From a virus: 64,000 nucleotides of DNA. The position numbers and the translations under genes were made by a program. The DNA is taken from the IMG/VR virus record IMGVR_UViG_3300010396_000006, positions 41,648 through 105,647 of that record; one strand, 5' to 3'. Under the pieces are notes generated by a model. It was not told the origin of the DNA. It ran no database searches and saw nothing but the letters and a program-made list of their open reading frames with translations. Shown in pieces: positions 39,462-50,176 of the stretch (positions are counted from its first letter, which is position 1; every line of letters begins with the position of its first letter).

Positions 39462-40835
39462 ATGCCCGCTCCCACATCTGCCGAACTTCTCGAAATGAGC
39501 AAAACCGCAATTCAGCGAGCTGAAAAGGCTGAATCGGCGTTGAAGTCGTTGCAAGACAAAGTCGAAGCGACTCCGTCCATTCATGCCCACGGTTCGCGCG
39601 ACAATGGCGCTGAAGGCTGGTGGGAAGAAGCCGGTGCGGATTCACCGGAACTGACGATGCTTTCCGGCTATCAAGGCCGTGTTCCGCAGGCGAGTCCGTC
39701 TCGTGGTTCCATGAAAAAGTCGATGTCGATTCTGAAATCGATCGGCTATCGCCCGGCCGGCCGTCAGGTCAGCACATTCAAATCGATCTCCGACTGGATT
39801 CGCCAGGGGATGCAAAAGGACGGCGAAGGGACCGCCAAGTTCCGCGACAACATGTATGCCCACATGAAGGAATACGATTCCCAAATGAAGGCATTGGGAA
39901 TGTCGGAAGGCATCGCGTCTGACGGCGGATTCGGTGTGATTCCCGAATTCAACCTGAAGATTCACGAGCATCTTTACAGCAACAACATCCTTTCCCGCAC
40001 GGACGGCTATACCGTCACCGGGAACAACATGGCGTTTCTGGCGAATGCCGAAACCAGCCGCGTCACCGGCAGTCGAGCCGGGGGTATCCAAGGCAATTGG
40101 GTGGGTGAAGGTGGAACTTATTTGCCATCCAAGCCAACCGTCCGTCAGATCAATCTGCGTTTGCAGAAACTGCAAGTGCTGGTCTATCTGACCGACGAAT
40201 TGATCAATGACAATTCCATCGCGCTCGAACAATACGTGATGCGGAAGGCGTCCGAGGAATTCGCTTGGCTGATTGCTGATGCCATCTTCAACGGCAATAA
40301 CGTCGGCAAACCGCTGGGAATCCAGAATGCCCTGTCGCTGCTGGCAATCGCCAAGGAAAGCGGTCAGGCCGATACGACCATCGTCGCTCAGAACATCATC
40401 AAGATGCAGAATCGGCTGTTCGCACCATACATGCAGAATGCATCGTGGTTCGTGAACCAAGACACGATTCAGCAGTTGATGCAACTCACCTTGGCAACCG
40501 GAACCTATTCCGGCCAACTGGTCTACCAACCGCCAACCGGGCTGGCTGGTCTGCCATACGGTACGCTCGGCGGTCGACCCGTCGAACCGATCGAATTCGC
40601 CAAAACGCTGGGGACTCAAGGCGATATCACGCTGGCCGATCTCAGCCAAGTGTTGTCGATCAGCAAAGGCGGAATCGAACAGGCCACGTCAATGCACGTC
40701 GCGTTCTTGACCGACGAAATGGCGTTGCGGTTCACGATGCGTATGAACGCGATGCCGTGGGAAAACAGCCCGATCACCCCAGCCAACGGAACGAACACCC
40801 AATCGTCATTCGTCACCTTGGCTAGCCGTCCATAG
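39462..40835 (+). CDS. major capsid protein, HK97 fold
   Basis: 'DGGFGVIPE', 'WVGEG', 'KLQVLVYLTDELIND', 'AIFNG...KPLGI', 'TLGGRPV', 'FLTDEMALRF'. Confidence 0.95.
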   Translation: MPAPTSAELLEMSKTAIQRAEKAESALKSLQDKVEATPSIHAHGSRDNGAEGWWEEAGADSPELTMLSGYQGRVPQASPSRGSMKKSMSILKSIGYRPAGRQVSTFKSISDWIRQGMQKDGEGTAKFRDNMYAHMKEYDSQMKALGMSEGIASDGGFGVIPEFNLKIHEHLYSNNILSRTDGYTVTGNNMAFLANAETSRVTGSRAGGIQGNWVGEGGTYLPSKPTVRQINLRLQKLQVLVYLTDELINDNSIALEQYVMRKASEEFAWLIADAIFNGNNVGKPLGIQNALSLLAIAKESGQADTTIVAQNIIKMQNRLFAPYMQNASWFVNQDTIQQLMQLTLATGTYSGQLVYQPPTGLAGLPYGTLGGRPVEPIEFAKTLGTQGDITLADLSQVLSISKGGIEQATSMHVAFLTDEMALRFTMRMNAMPWENSPITPANGTNTQSSFVTLASRP

Positions 40836-40898
40836 TTCTTTTGGTTGTGGAAGAATCTCAGTCTCAGTCGGCGGTTTAACCGCAACGGAAAGAAAACC

Positions 40899-41408
40899 AT
40901 GATTGCAGCCCAGAACGCCGAATTCCTCGAATACAACGATATCGTTCCGGCATTCGTGCCGATCGATATGGAAACGGGGGCGAACAACGGCCAGTGGATC
41001 AATATGAAGTTCATCGAGCGTCTGGTCTGCGTCCTGTTCAAGGCGGCTGGCACGGCGAGCGACGATCCGGTCTTCACGCTGAAGCAGGCCCTGACGAGTT
41101 CGGGCGGAACTCCCAAGGCGCTGAACTTCACGCGAATCCGACAAAAGATTGGTGCGATCGCATCGACCAATCAATGGACGATCATCACCCAGGCCGCTGC
41201 CGGGACGTATACGCCAACGTCCGCGGCGAGTCAGGCAGTGATTGCCGTTGAAGTCGGTGCACACATGCTGGACGTCAACAACAATTACAACTACGTGCAA
41301 ATGTCGATTCCTGACACGGGTTCGGCAGGCGCTCAATTGGGTTGCGGTTTCTATATCGCTGCCGGCCTCAAGTACGCTCAGTCAATCTGTCCGAACCTGC
41401 TGGCTTAA
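40899..41408 (+). CDS. putative capsid decoration/cement protein
   Basis: Beta-rich ORF directly after the capsid gene, followed by a terminator. Confidence 0.5.
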   Translation: MIAAQNAEFLEYNDIVPAFVPIDMETGANNGQWINMKFIERLVCVLFKAAGTASDDPVFTLKQALTSSGGTPKALNFTRIRQKIGAIASTNQWTIITQAAAGTYTPTSAASQAVIAVEVGAHMLDVNNNYNYVQMSIPDTGSAGAQLGCGFYIAAGLKYAQSICPNLLA

Positions 41409-41433
41409 TCGTCAGTTGGCTAGTTGAAAATAC

Positions 41434-41466
41434 GCGGGCTGATTGGTTTCAGCCCGCTTCTCTCTT
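41434..41466 (+). terminator. intrinsic terminator after the capsid genes
   Basis: GCGGGCTGA / TCAGCCCGC followed by TTCTCTT. Confidence 0.6.
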
Positions 41467-42664
41467 GCTCGAATTTGCGAAGGTTCCATTATGGCCGAGA
41501 ACGAAACCGCAGTTGTCGACAGCGATGAATCACCAAGGGGTAAAGGCAAGAAGCCGTCCAAGGGCAAGACCATTAGTCACGCTCGCGACATCTTCACGGC
41601 CACCATCGCTCATCACGGCGGCACGACGAGTCCCGAAGGCTTGGCGATGCAATGCTTCGTCTACGCGGCGGCGTTCGAGAAGGCGGAAGGGCAGTTTCAA
41701 AACGACACGCTGATTCTGCCACCAAAAATCGACGTCTTCGACATTGCCCATGCGCCCAATCTGCCGGAAACCCATCCGACCAATATGGTGTCCCAAAAAT
41801 ACGGCAAGATCGAAGACATCTTGGAAACGATGGACGATCTGTCGAAGCTGGATCGGACCGACTGGGGCAAGGCGTCATCGGACACCGTTCTGTATCCGAA
41901 GCGGAAATGGACGCGGCCGATGATCAACCAAGCCGAACAATTGTTTCCCGGCGTGTTGACGCGGGCCGAACGATTGAAAAAGGCTCAACAGGAAGTCGAC
42001 GAACAAGCCGCGGAAACCAAAGCCGCGGCCTCGAACTGATCGGTTGATTCCGGTCTGATGGCGTTGAATTGACCAAGAGGAAATCCTGCAAAGCGAGTTG
42101 ATCATGGTTGAAGTGAAATCCGAGGCCGATGCGGTTGTCGTTCCGCCTCCAAAGTCACTCGGTCAAATCGCCTATGAGGCATGGTGTGCCGTTCACGACG
42201 GCGCTCAGATGAGTCAGTTCGGGCATCCCGCTTGGTCGGTCACAGACGACAATGGGATTGTGAGAAACAACCCCGCGTTGCCGTCAATTGTGCGTTTGTC
42301 ATGGGAAGCCGCTGCGATCGCTGTGCAGGATGCGGAAAAGCCGACAACGACTCTTCAAGACGTCTCGCCTCATCAAGCGGTTGTGTCCGTCAGCGAAGAC
42401 CTGAAGGCCAAAGCGGACGCCTTGAAAGTGGCGATGAAAGCCACAATCGAAGTTCCGGAAGTCCCCGTGACGATCGAGCCATCTAAGCCGGCAGATCATC
42501 AGGCCGTTGTTACGGCGAGCGAAGATCTGAAGTCCAGCGCCGACGCAATGAAGGCCGCGGCTGAATCGGCTCCGTCCGAAACGCCGCCGGCTGAAAAACC
42601 CGCGGTGTCCGCTCCGTCCCGTCCGGGTGCGTCAACGCTCAATTGAGGGAGGATCTGAACTCCT

Positions 42665-43318
42665 ATGAGCTTGACGACCGTTGACTACGTGAAGGGTCTG
42701 GCTGGTCCGACTCTGAACGCGACTGACACGCAACTTGAATCGTTGATCGCCGGCACGTCGGCGCACATCGAACAGGTATTGCACCGCACGATCTGGAAAA
42801 AGACCTACACCGAATATCTGACGGGTGACAATAGTTCGGTTCTGCAACTTTCGAACTGGCCAGTCATTTCCGTATCCCGCGTCAATTTTGATGACGATGG
42901 GAACTTCGGACAAACGGCAGGATCATTCGATCCGTCGAAAGATCTGGTTGCCGGATCAGACTATTGCATCCTGGCCGGCGAAAGGGGCATTGGCTCGACT
43001 GGCCAATTGAAGCGAATCAACTTCGTCTGGCAGAACAACCATGTCTGGTCGCCGGGAAAAGTGGCGATGCAACCGAGTCCGCCTCGGGGCAACATTCTGG
43101 TGATTTATACGGCAGGATTTGCGCCAGTTCCGATGGATATTCAGTATGCCGCGGCAATGGCCATCATTCGAGCAGTGGCCGGGATTCCAACAGGCGGGGC
43201 ATTCCAATCGGCATCGTATGAGGATGGCTCGGTCTCAATGATCAATCCAAACGATTTGACTTCGCTGATCGGTTCAGTGGAACGAATTATTGCTGGTCGA
43301 AAAGTTCCCGTAGTGTGA
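42665..43318 (+). CDS. head-tail connector (adaptor) protein
   Basis: 'LTTVDYVK...DTQLESLI...LSNWPVISV...YTAGF..VPMDIQYA'. Confidence 0.8.
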   Translation: MSLTTVDYVKGLAGPTLNATDTQLESLIAGTSAHIEQVLHRTIWKKTYTEYLTGDNSSVLQLSNWPVISVSRVNFDDDGNFGQTAGSFDPSKDLVAGSDYCILAGERGIGSTGQLKRINFVWQNNHVWSPGKVAMQPSPPRGNILVIYTAGFAPVPMDIQYAAAMAIIRAVAGIPTGGAFQSASYEDGSVSMINPNDLTSLIGSVERIIAGRKVPVV

Positions 43319-43328
43319 ATGGTGAAAC

Positions 43329-43691
43329 TTGTTCACAAGAGCGATGGCAACGGCGATTCGAGGTCTGGTGATCCCAGAACGGGGACCCGCCACGATCACG
43401 ATGAACCCGAACAATTCGTCAATCACAGTCACGGTAACAGTTGAGGGTTGCTGGATTAAACCGATCAAGAGCGGATTGCAACGTTATGGTCAAATGAATG
43501 TCCAGGCCGATCAGACATTGGTCAAAGTTCCGGCGGAAGGATTGAACCCAACGGGTGCGACAAACTATCAGATTCGAACCGGCGATCTCATTGTCTTCAA
43601 CGGACAAACCTACAACGTGACCGCGGCGGGGACGACAGTCAAAACGGTTCTGACTGTTTGGGAATGCGTCTGCAAATTGGTGATCCAATAA
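43329..43691 (+). CDS. putative head closure/stopper protein
   Basis: Position after the adaptor; 'GDLIVFNGQTYNV'. Confidence 0.55.
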   Translation: MFTRAMATAIRGLVIPERGPATITMNPNNSSITVTVTVEGCWIKPIKSGLQRYGQMNVQADQTLVKVPAEGLNPTGATNYQIRTGDLIVFNGQTYNVTAAGTTVKTVLTVWECVCKLVIQ

Positions 43692-44140
43692 TGTTCAAAT
43701 CAATCGCATTACCAATGGTCCGAGGGGGCCGCATCAAGTGCATGACCCCCGACGAAATCAAAAGTTTCGCGGAAGTGTCGCAATCGATTCAGGACAAAGA
43801 AGGTGTCTCGAAAAAAGAAGCGGATGCGATGGCCGCGGCGGCTGGTCGGCGAGATCTCGGTCAAGCGGAAATGACCCGCCGAAGCGAGGAAGGCCGCAAG
43901 GAAAGCGAATCCAAATCGGCTGTCACAACGCAAGAACTCGAAGATACCGGCGGATTGGTTGTCGGTTCCGAATTGGACATGGCCATTCAAGATCTGTCCG
44001 ACGTGATGTCCGGTCTGTCGACTGTTGATATGGATGACGTGATGAAGTTCATCCAATCGGAGATTCCCAAGCGAGCGACGTTTAAGGCCAATTCTGTCAA
44101 AAAATCGGCTGACACCGATGTTCAAAATCTGGATGAGTAA
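43691..44140 (+). CDS. hypothetical head-associated protein with Lys-Ser sites
   Basis: FKS, IKS, SKS sites; 'KSAVTTQELEDTGGLVV' resembles a capsid N-arm. Confidence 0.45.
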   Translation: MFKSIALPMVRGGRIKCMTPDEIKSFAEVSQSIQDKEGVSKKEADAMAAAAGRRDLGQAEMTRRSEEGRKESESKSAVTTQELEDTGGLVVGSELDMAIQDLSDVMSGLSTVDMDDVMKFIQSEIPKRATFKANSVKKSADTDVQNLDE

Positions 44141-44148
44141 ACCTGATC

Positions 44149-44640
44149 ATGGCCGGGATTTCCAATCATTTTGATACGATGACTTTCATCAAGTCCATCG
44201 TGGATGGTCTGGAATTGCCGGGCATCATGGGTTCGTTGATTCAGGAAATTCCTGAATACCAAGACGCACAAATCGCACCGCTGACGTTGCCGTTTATCTC
44301 GATTGCGCCGTGGGGAACTGAGGATCTGAATTCCGATCCGAAAACGCCAGTTGATAAGGATTCCGTTTTCTATCCGACAACCGTGATCATCTTCGGAAAA
44401 GTCGTGACAGGTGACGGATTCCTAGCAGCATTCGAACAACGGCTTGGTTGGCGACAATGCATCCGTCGCAACCTGAATAACCGTCGCATTCCGGGATTGA
44501 CGCAAAACTGGAATCTGGTCGTCAAACCGGGCAATATCGTCGCTCCTGGGATTCGTTACGACAGGGTAGCATTCATGTCATCCATGATCGTTCAAGCGAA
44601 GTTCCAAGAACCGAGGGAGACGCCGTGGGGAACTCCTTAG
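44149..44640 (+). CDS. putative tail terminator
   Basis: Position in the neck module; 'LPFISI' motif. Confidence 0.5.
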   Translation: MAGISNHFDTMTFIKSIVDGLELPGIMGSLIQEIPEYQDAQIAPLTLPFISIAPWGTEDLNSDPKTPVDKDSVFYPTTVIIFGKVVTGDGFLAAFEQRLGWRQCIRRNLNNRRIPGLTQNWNLVVKPGNIVAPGIRYDRVAFMSSMIVQAKFQEPRETPWGTP

Positions 44641-45149
44641 ACGATCTGGAATCAATGGTTGGCAGGGTCCAGACGGCTTTAGAACAGGCTGATTATTCCA
44701 GCGAGATGAAAGGGACCGCCGACTATTTGCGAGTGATTCATGCTGAATACTTCGCCGACGAAACGGGACCGAGCGGTGAAAAATGGACGCCGTGGTATTT
44801 TAAGCGTCCGGGAGCATCGGCGGATCACAAGACTCTGGACGATACGGGCCGGTTGAAAGAGTCTGTGATTGGAACCAGTAGCGAACACATTGAAGACATT
44901 TCGGCAAAATCATTGATCTGGGGAACATCGGTCCCTTACGCATGGCAGCATGAGATTGGCGGCAAGTTCACTGTTGAGGAATTCCTGATCGGCAAAAGAG
45001 GGCAAACGAAGCATCCTGGCGACACTATCAATTTGCCAAAACGTGAGTTTATTGGTATTAATACGGATCATGTGGATGCGATTGTTGGCACAATAGCTGA
45101 CGCGGCGCAGGCAGTCGTTTTAGATGCGATTGATGGGAAGGGACTCTGA
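44625..45149 (+). CDS. phage virion morphogenesis (tail completion) protein
   Basis: 'F..ETGPSGEKW...TLDDTGRLKES...GTSVPYAWQHEIG...LPKREFIG'. Confidence 0.85.
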   Translation: MGNSLDDLESMVGRVQTALEQADYSSEMKGTADYLRVIHAEYFADETGPSGEKWTPWYFKRPGASADHKTLDDTGRLKESVIGTSSEHIEDISAKSLIWGTSVPYAWQHEIGGKFTVEEFLIGKRGQTKHPGDTINLPKREFIGINTDHVDAIVGTIADAAQAVVLDAIDGKGL

Positions 45150-45849
45150 TCATGCATATCGACGCCTGCCATGTTGTGGCCAAGTGGAATCCAGATGGCG
45201 TCGAGGGGTTTACGCTCATGGCAACCCGCTGGGTTGGCCATTCTGATCCCGTCGAACAGGCTGCCGAAGGAACGCCATCGGTCACAAAGGGGCCGTTCTA
45301 TTCACATCAGGAAGCGATTGACTACGCGAAGTCGTGGAAGGACGCCGAGAAGCCGCCGCCGATTCCGCCTCACCAGCCACTGGAAATCAACGGTTGTTCT
45401 GTGACCGCAGAAGTCTGCGAAACCGCTCCCGATGGCTATCAGTCGAGCGTCAGCCGCGAAATCACCGAGACAGGCGAAGTTCCAGCCGGATCACCCGAGG
45501 GGACGCCATCGCCGGTGACAATAAGGAAGATCACGCAAGGGCCATTTGATTCGGCAGAGGCTGCGGTTGCCTATGCTCATTCATGGGAAGATCCGGAGCA
45601 TCCACCTGCGATGCCGGTGAAGTCATCGAGTGAACCGCCAAAACAAGAATCCAAGCCTGATGGCGATACGAAACCGATCAAGCCGCCGCATACCGAATCA
45701 GACGATGGGAAGTCGGCCGATCAACCGGATACCGGTGAGCAGGCCGAAGTCACGACAACGGGCGAAAAAGCCGCTCAGTAATTGATTGGCAACAAAACGG
45801 ATTTTGAATCGCCGCACAGATGATGCGGCATTGTTAGGGAGTCTCGGCC

Positions 45850-46707
45850 ATGACCGAATCAATGGGCTATGCATGTGGCGTGAGCGTCGGATCGAATCCG
45901 ATCGCGTTCCTGTCTCACAGCATCAAAGAAACTCGTCCCGTCATCAATGATGAAAGTCTACGCGGAACTCGCACGCGACCCAGTGAACGACTCCGGCAGG
46001 GAAATATCTCGGTTGCCGGCGCACTGAAGTTGCAACCGACTCCCGTTGAACTGGGAGAGATTCTGAAGTTCCTGTTGAACTCAGCATCGGCATTGACGCT
46101 GACAGATGCAATGCAGGACGTGACGGTCGTCACCAATACGCCAGCCGCAACAGCAACATTTCTCGGCCGATTCACGAAAGGCACGTTCAGTTGCGCTCCG
46201 GGTGAGAAGCTGGATCTGGATCTCGATTTCATTGGCAAGACCTGCACCATGACAGGCGGAGCCGCCGCCAGTGCGACAGATCTGACGACGGCCGGTTATG
46301 TGATGTACGATCTCGGCAGTGGCGTCACGATTGACGGCGTGGCCTATGCAATCGATCGATTCGCGTTGTCAATCGACAACAAGATCAAACCGACTTACAT
46401 GATGGGTCAGACTGCCACGGATCTGGAACCGACAGACCGAGTCATCATGTTGAGTATTGAAACGAAATACACGGCAACTGAAGCCGGCCTCTTGACGCTC
46501 AACCAGACGGGTCCGACCATCGGAGCGCCGATCACGGCTTCGCTCGCATTCACCAACGGTTCGAATTCGATCACGTTCACGTTCGGAGCCTTGGCCGCAA
46601 CCAGCGAGACGGTTATCGTTCCAGGCCGCGATCACCTACGTCAGCCGTTGAACTATCAGGCTTATGGAATTTCGACCACAAAAGAAATGATCACAACCAA
46701 CGCTTAA
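45850..46707 (+). CDS. major tail tube protein
   Basis: 'SLRGTR...VAGALKL...FALSIDNKI...DRVI'; Thr/Ala-rich; upstream of the chaperone and tape measure genes. Confidence 0.75.
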   Translation: MTESMGYACGVSVGSNPIAFLSHSIKETRPVINDESLRGTRTRPSERLRQGNISVAGALKLQPTPVELGEILKFLLNSASALTLTDAMQDVTVVTNTPAATATFLGRFTKGTFSCAPGEKLDLDLDFIGKTCTMTGGAAASATDLTTAGYVMYDLGSGVTIDGVAYAIDRFALSIDNKIKPTYMMGQTATDLEPTDRVIMLSIETKYTATEAGLLTLNQTGPTIGAPITASLAFTNGSNSITFTFGALAATSETVIVPGRDHLRQPLNYQAYGISTTKEMITTNA

Positions 46708-46765
46708 TCCCGGTCCCAACGGACAAGACGCCGCTGCGGACTCCTCAATGTGGATTGAACCGACG

Positions 46766-47059
46766 CTATTTCGATTGGCGTCCATCGAAATCGTCATCGT
46801 CGACAATTTCGACACCGGATTCCGGCACATATGCCGTGACGGTCCCGTTACCCAGGGCATGCACCAAATCGCGGTAGCTGTCGGCCAAACGAACCAGATG
46901 CATGGCAAGAAGACGTTCGATCGGCGTTGATGACTCGCTGGCGACGATTTTATTGAGTTCGACGCAAAAGTCTGGTGGTAAACCAGTTGCATCGGCTTCA
47001 AGATGAAACTTGTGGAATTTCATTCCCATAGATTGGCCCTTTTGTGTGAGTGGCAACAT
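46766..47059 (-). CDS. small reverse-strand gene inserted in the tail operon
   Basis: Fills the gap between tube and chaperone genes; composition looks protein-like. Confidence 0.45.
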   Translation of the reverse strand: MLPLTQKGQSMGMKFHKFHLEADATGLPPDFCVELNKIVASESSTPIERLLAMHLVRLADSYRDLVHALGNGTVTAYVPESGVEIVDDDDFDGRQSK

Positions 47060-47101
47060 TCATTGTAGTGTTCGGAAAATCAAAAAGAAAGAAAAATTGA
47101 G

Positions 47102-47539
47102 ATGGCGACTTACATCGAAGACGGGTTTACGCGGAATGATGGATATTTGGCGGCAGCCCCAAAGGAGAAAAACGGCGAGATTCTCTATGACGCCGTTCGG
47201 TTCTCTTACCGTCCATGCACACGACTGGAACTGCTGAAACACGATGCCGCAATGGCCGTGGCATTGGCGGACCAGTACACAAACACCGAGGCGAGAGAAA
47301 AGGCCGACAAGATTTCTTGTCAGTTGATTATCAGCAAGCTGGTTTCGTGGGACATCAAAAATAGCAAAGGCGTCGTCCCCATTACCGAGCATTCCCTGCA
47401 TCGGATTAACGAACTGGTTTTCCAAGCGATCGACAGTATCATCCGCGGCCGACAGGTCAGCGACCCGATTCCCGGTGAAGAGAAAAAGCCATCCGATGAG
47501 GCGCAGCTAAAAAACTCCGATACGGTCTCGAACTCCTGA
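47102..47539 (+). CDS. tail assembly chaperone (gpG-like)
   Basis: 'KLVSWDI' motif; position before the tape measure gene; slippery site near its end. Confidence 0.75.
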   Translation: MATYIEDGFTRNDGYLAAAPKEKNGEILYDAVRFSYRPCTRLELLKHDAAMAVALADQYTNTEAREKADKISCQLIISKLVSWDIKNSKGVVPITEHSLHRINELVFQAIDSIIRGRQVSDPIPGEEKKPSDEAQLKNSDTVSNS

Positions 47540-47913
47540 TTCTGAATCAGAAAGTCGCAGACCGAGATTGTGGTGTTTGTCAGAAATGGCAGTTTGACGA
47601 AAAGACGGGATTGCGGACAAAAAATCTCAAAGGCGATCCAGAACTCCGTCACTTTGGTTGCCCGCCGCCATGTCGAACGAGAATCGGTTGTGCGAAAGGA
47701 ACTCCCGAAAATCCAAAATCATTGAGTGAGGAAAATCAGATTTGTTTCCAGCACTTCAAGGAGTGCAAAGTAACCGGTCACTGGCCGGATGACGCGGTTG
47801 TCAGACGAAACGCGGCTGTGATTCAGGAAGTGATCGACGACTGCGAAAAATTCCAGTTGGTGTCATTCCGTAAACGGATGATTGAAATTGGTGAGGCTTT
47901 GATTCATGCCTGA
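47102..47913 (+). CDS. tail assembly chaperone, -1 frameshift product (gpGT-like)
   Basis: A AAA AAC at 47509-47515; the -1 frame is open from there to 47913. Confidence 0.8.
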
Positions 47914-50161
47914 CGACGTCACTAAAGAAGTGTCCATTAAGGTTTCTGTTGTCGATGGCAACATGAAGCTTGGACCGATCGATACGACCGCGGCGATGGC
48001 ATCCATCAAATCGGTTAGTGATGCGTACGCTGCTGCATTGAATCAGACGTCATCATTTAGCGGAACGGGATCATTCTCGGTTGGTGCGCCCGGTTCATCC
48101 GGGGCGATGTCTGGAAGTATGTTCCATACGGCTCGTGTCCGTCGTGGCAACATGGCCGGCTCGACAATGGCTCAGCAAATTGCCCAGCAGGCGATGGAAG
48201 CCGGCGGCGCTCAGAATGATCTTGATGATTATTTCGCGTCTCAGGGAGCCATCTATCCGACGGCGGCAGAGAAAAAGAAGCGGATGGCCGCGGCGGTAGA
48301 AGCCCAGAAGCAACGAGACGCTTCTCACAAAGCCTACGTGGACGCCGAAAAGAAGGCACGGGCCGACAAGGAAAAAGAGCAACAGTCCACAATGGATCAG
48401 TTCGTGGCTCGGGCTGTCCAGCAAACCAATAAGGAGAAAAAAGCCAATCTCGCCAAGATGAAGGGCGGTTCAGGAGCAGATACGACTGGCGATATCGAAC
48501 GGCAGGCAGCAGCGTTCGGACATGCGGCGACTTCGGCTCTGTACTTCGCCAAAGGATTGGCGTTAGTTGCCACTTCGTCCGATGAAGAAACCGCGTCCAT
48601 GATTAAGACCGTGGTGGCCATTCAAGGCTACATGGACATGGCTCGTGGAGCAACTTCACTCGCTACCCAATTGGCCGCGGCACACAAAGCATCAGCCGCG
48701 GCATCTGCTGCTGGTTCTGCATCTGGAGCCGGGGGCGCGGCTGGTGGAGCATTGGCCGGAATCGGGACCGTTGCGTCTGCTGGATTCCTTGCCGCCGCAG
48801 CAGCCATCGGAACGGCAATAGCGGCATTGGTGGCGTGGCGGACGTATGTGATTGAGACGCGGCGTGTTACCGAATCTTATTACGACATGCTGATCGGGAA
48901 GTCGACAGCGGCGGCTGAGGCAACTTCTCGTGGTTCGTCGATTCAATCAAGACATCTGGCGCGGATGACTGCGATCAACGAACTGATCTCCAGTTCGGGG
49001 CAAGAGGCTCGCCGGAGCCTGACGAACATCAGCGGACGCGAAGCCACTGAATCCGGGGCGAGAGCCTATGAACACGACATGAATCTGTCGCCTGAATTGA
49101 AACATCTGCATCGTCAGCGTCTGGAAAACTCTCAGCGATTCTCCGAGACGCAAGGGGCATTGTCAGACCGGCTGACGACGCTGCGAGGTCGGCGAGGAGA
49201 TATTGAAAAAGGATTGGCGGCAGAAGCCGAGAACCGTCAGCGAATGGCGGCATCGCGAGCCAAGGAACAGGAAGCGATGCGGAGACAGCAAAGCAGTCTT
49301 CTGCAAAACGCTGGCGCATCCTATCCAACAGTCGGGTATCGCGGCATTACATCGGCCGTCCGTGGGTTCTTCCGTGGCGATCCTAATCTCGGCATGGGCG
49401 AATTGATCAATGGTCGGATGACTTTGACGACGGCCCAACGTGAAAAACACGCCGAATTGGATGCCAAGATTAAAGGCAGTCAGGCGGCGGGAGCATCCGA
49501 GCAAGACGAGAGTGCTCGCAAGACCGTCGAACTTTCAAAAGAGCGGCTTCAGAACGAACAGGAAACACTTCGAGTTCTGGCCGAGCAAAACAAGTCGGTC
49601 CGCGAATATCAGAACGAGACTCACAAGATCGTTCAACAAGTGAAGGAAAAACAAAAGTCATTCGAAATCGGGGCCGGCTCCGAAAACTTCGGTTCTCAAA
49701 ATCGTAAGCTGATGATTCAGGAAAAACACGATCGAATCGTTGCCCGGAAAGCTAAGAATAAACGTGAAGGGCGAGACGAATGGGAGGGCGTCGAAGAGTT
49801 CACCCAAGAAGAAATTCAATTGACCGGTCACGATGACGCTGCGTCCATCAGCACGGAGGCCCAGGCACAGCGGACGGCTCGAAAGAGCGGTCGCCGTAGC
49901 AGGGCACAAGACGAAGATCATCTTGCTATCGCAGAAGCGGAACAAGCCAAAGCGGACGCATTGCCGACGCAACCGGGGAAGGCTGCCATTGGCAAAAGCG
50001 GCGATGACATCAGAAAGATGGGCGAGGAATTGGCACAGGCCGCAAAAGATGCTCTCAACCTCGAAGAATACACAAACACCGTCAAGCAGAAGTTCGACGA
50101 ATTAAAAGAGGAAATCCAACATTACATCGTGCAGATCCAGACGTGGAGTCCCCAGCTTTGA
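47906..50161 (+). CDS. tape measure protein
   Basis: 751 aa, helical and Ala-rich with a central hydrophobic segment; follows the chaperone pair. Confidence 0.8.
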   Translation: MPDDVTKEVSIKVSVVDGNMKLGPIDTTAAMASIKSVSDAYAAALNQTSSFSGTGSFSVGAPGSSGAMSGSMFHTARVRRGNMAGSTMAQQIAQQAMEAGGAQNDLDDYFASQGAIYPTAAEKKKRMAAAVEAQKQRDASHKAYVDAEKKARADKEKEQQSTMDQFVARAVQQTNKEKKANLAKMKGGSGADTTGDIERQAAAFGHAATSALYFAKGLALVATSSDEETASMIKTVVAIQGYMDMARGATSLATQLAAAHKASAAASAAGSASGAGGAAGGALAGIGTVASAGFLAAAAAIGTAIAALVAWRTYVIETRRVTESYYDMLIGKSTAAAEATSRGSSIQSRHLARMTAINELISSSGQEARRSLTNISGREATESGARAYEHDMNLSPELKHLHRQRLENSQRFSETQGALSDRLTTLRGRRGDIEKGLAAEAENRQRMAASRAKEQEAMRRQQSSLLQNAGASYPTVGYRGITSAVRGFFRGDPNLGMGELINGRMTLTTAQREKHAELDAKIKGSQAAGASEQDESARKTVELSKERLQNEQETLRVLAEQNKSVREYQNETHKIVQQVKEKQKSFEIGAGSENFGSQNRKLMIQEKHDRIVARKAKNKREGRDEWEGVEEFTQEEIQLTGHDDAASISTEAQAQRTARKSGRRSRAQDEDHLAIAEAEQAKADALPTQPGKAAIGKSGDDIRKMGEELAQAAKDALNLEEYTNTVKQKFDELKEEIQHYIVQIQTWSPQL

Positions 50162-50176
50162 CGGATCAAAGACGCT

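Noticed and set aside
39642-40649. 335-aa minus-strand ORF and the many similar antisense ORFs
   Set aside because: Shadow frames of well-supported + strand genes, with no motifs or RBS
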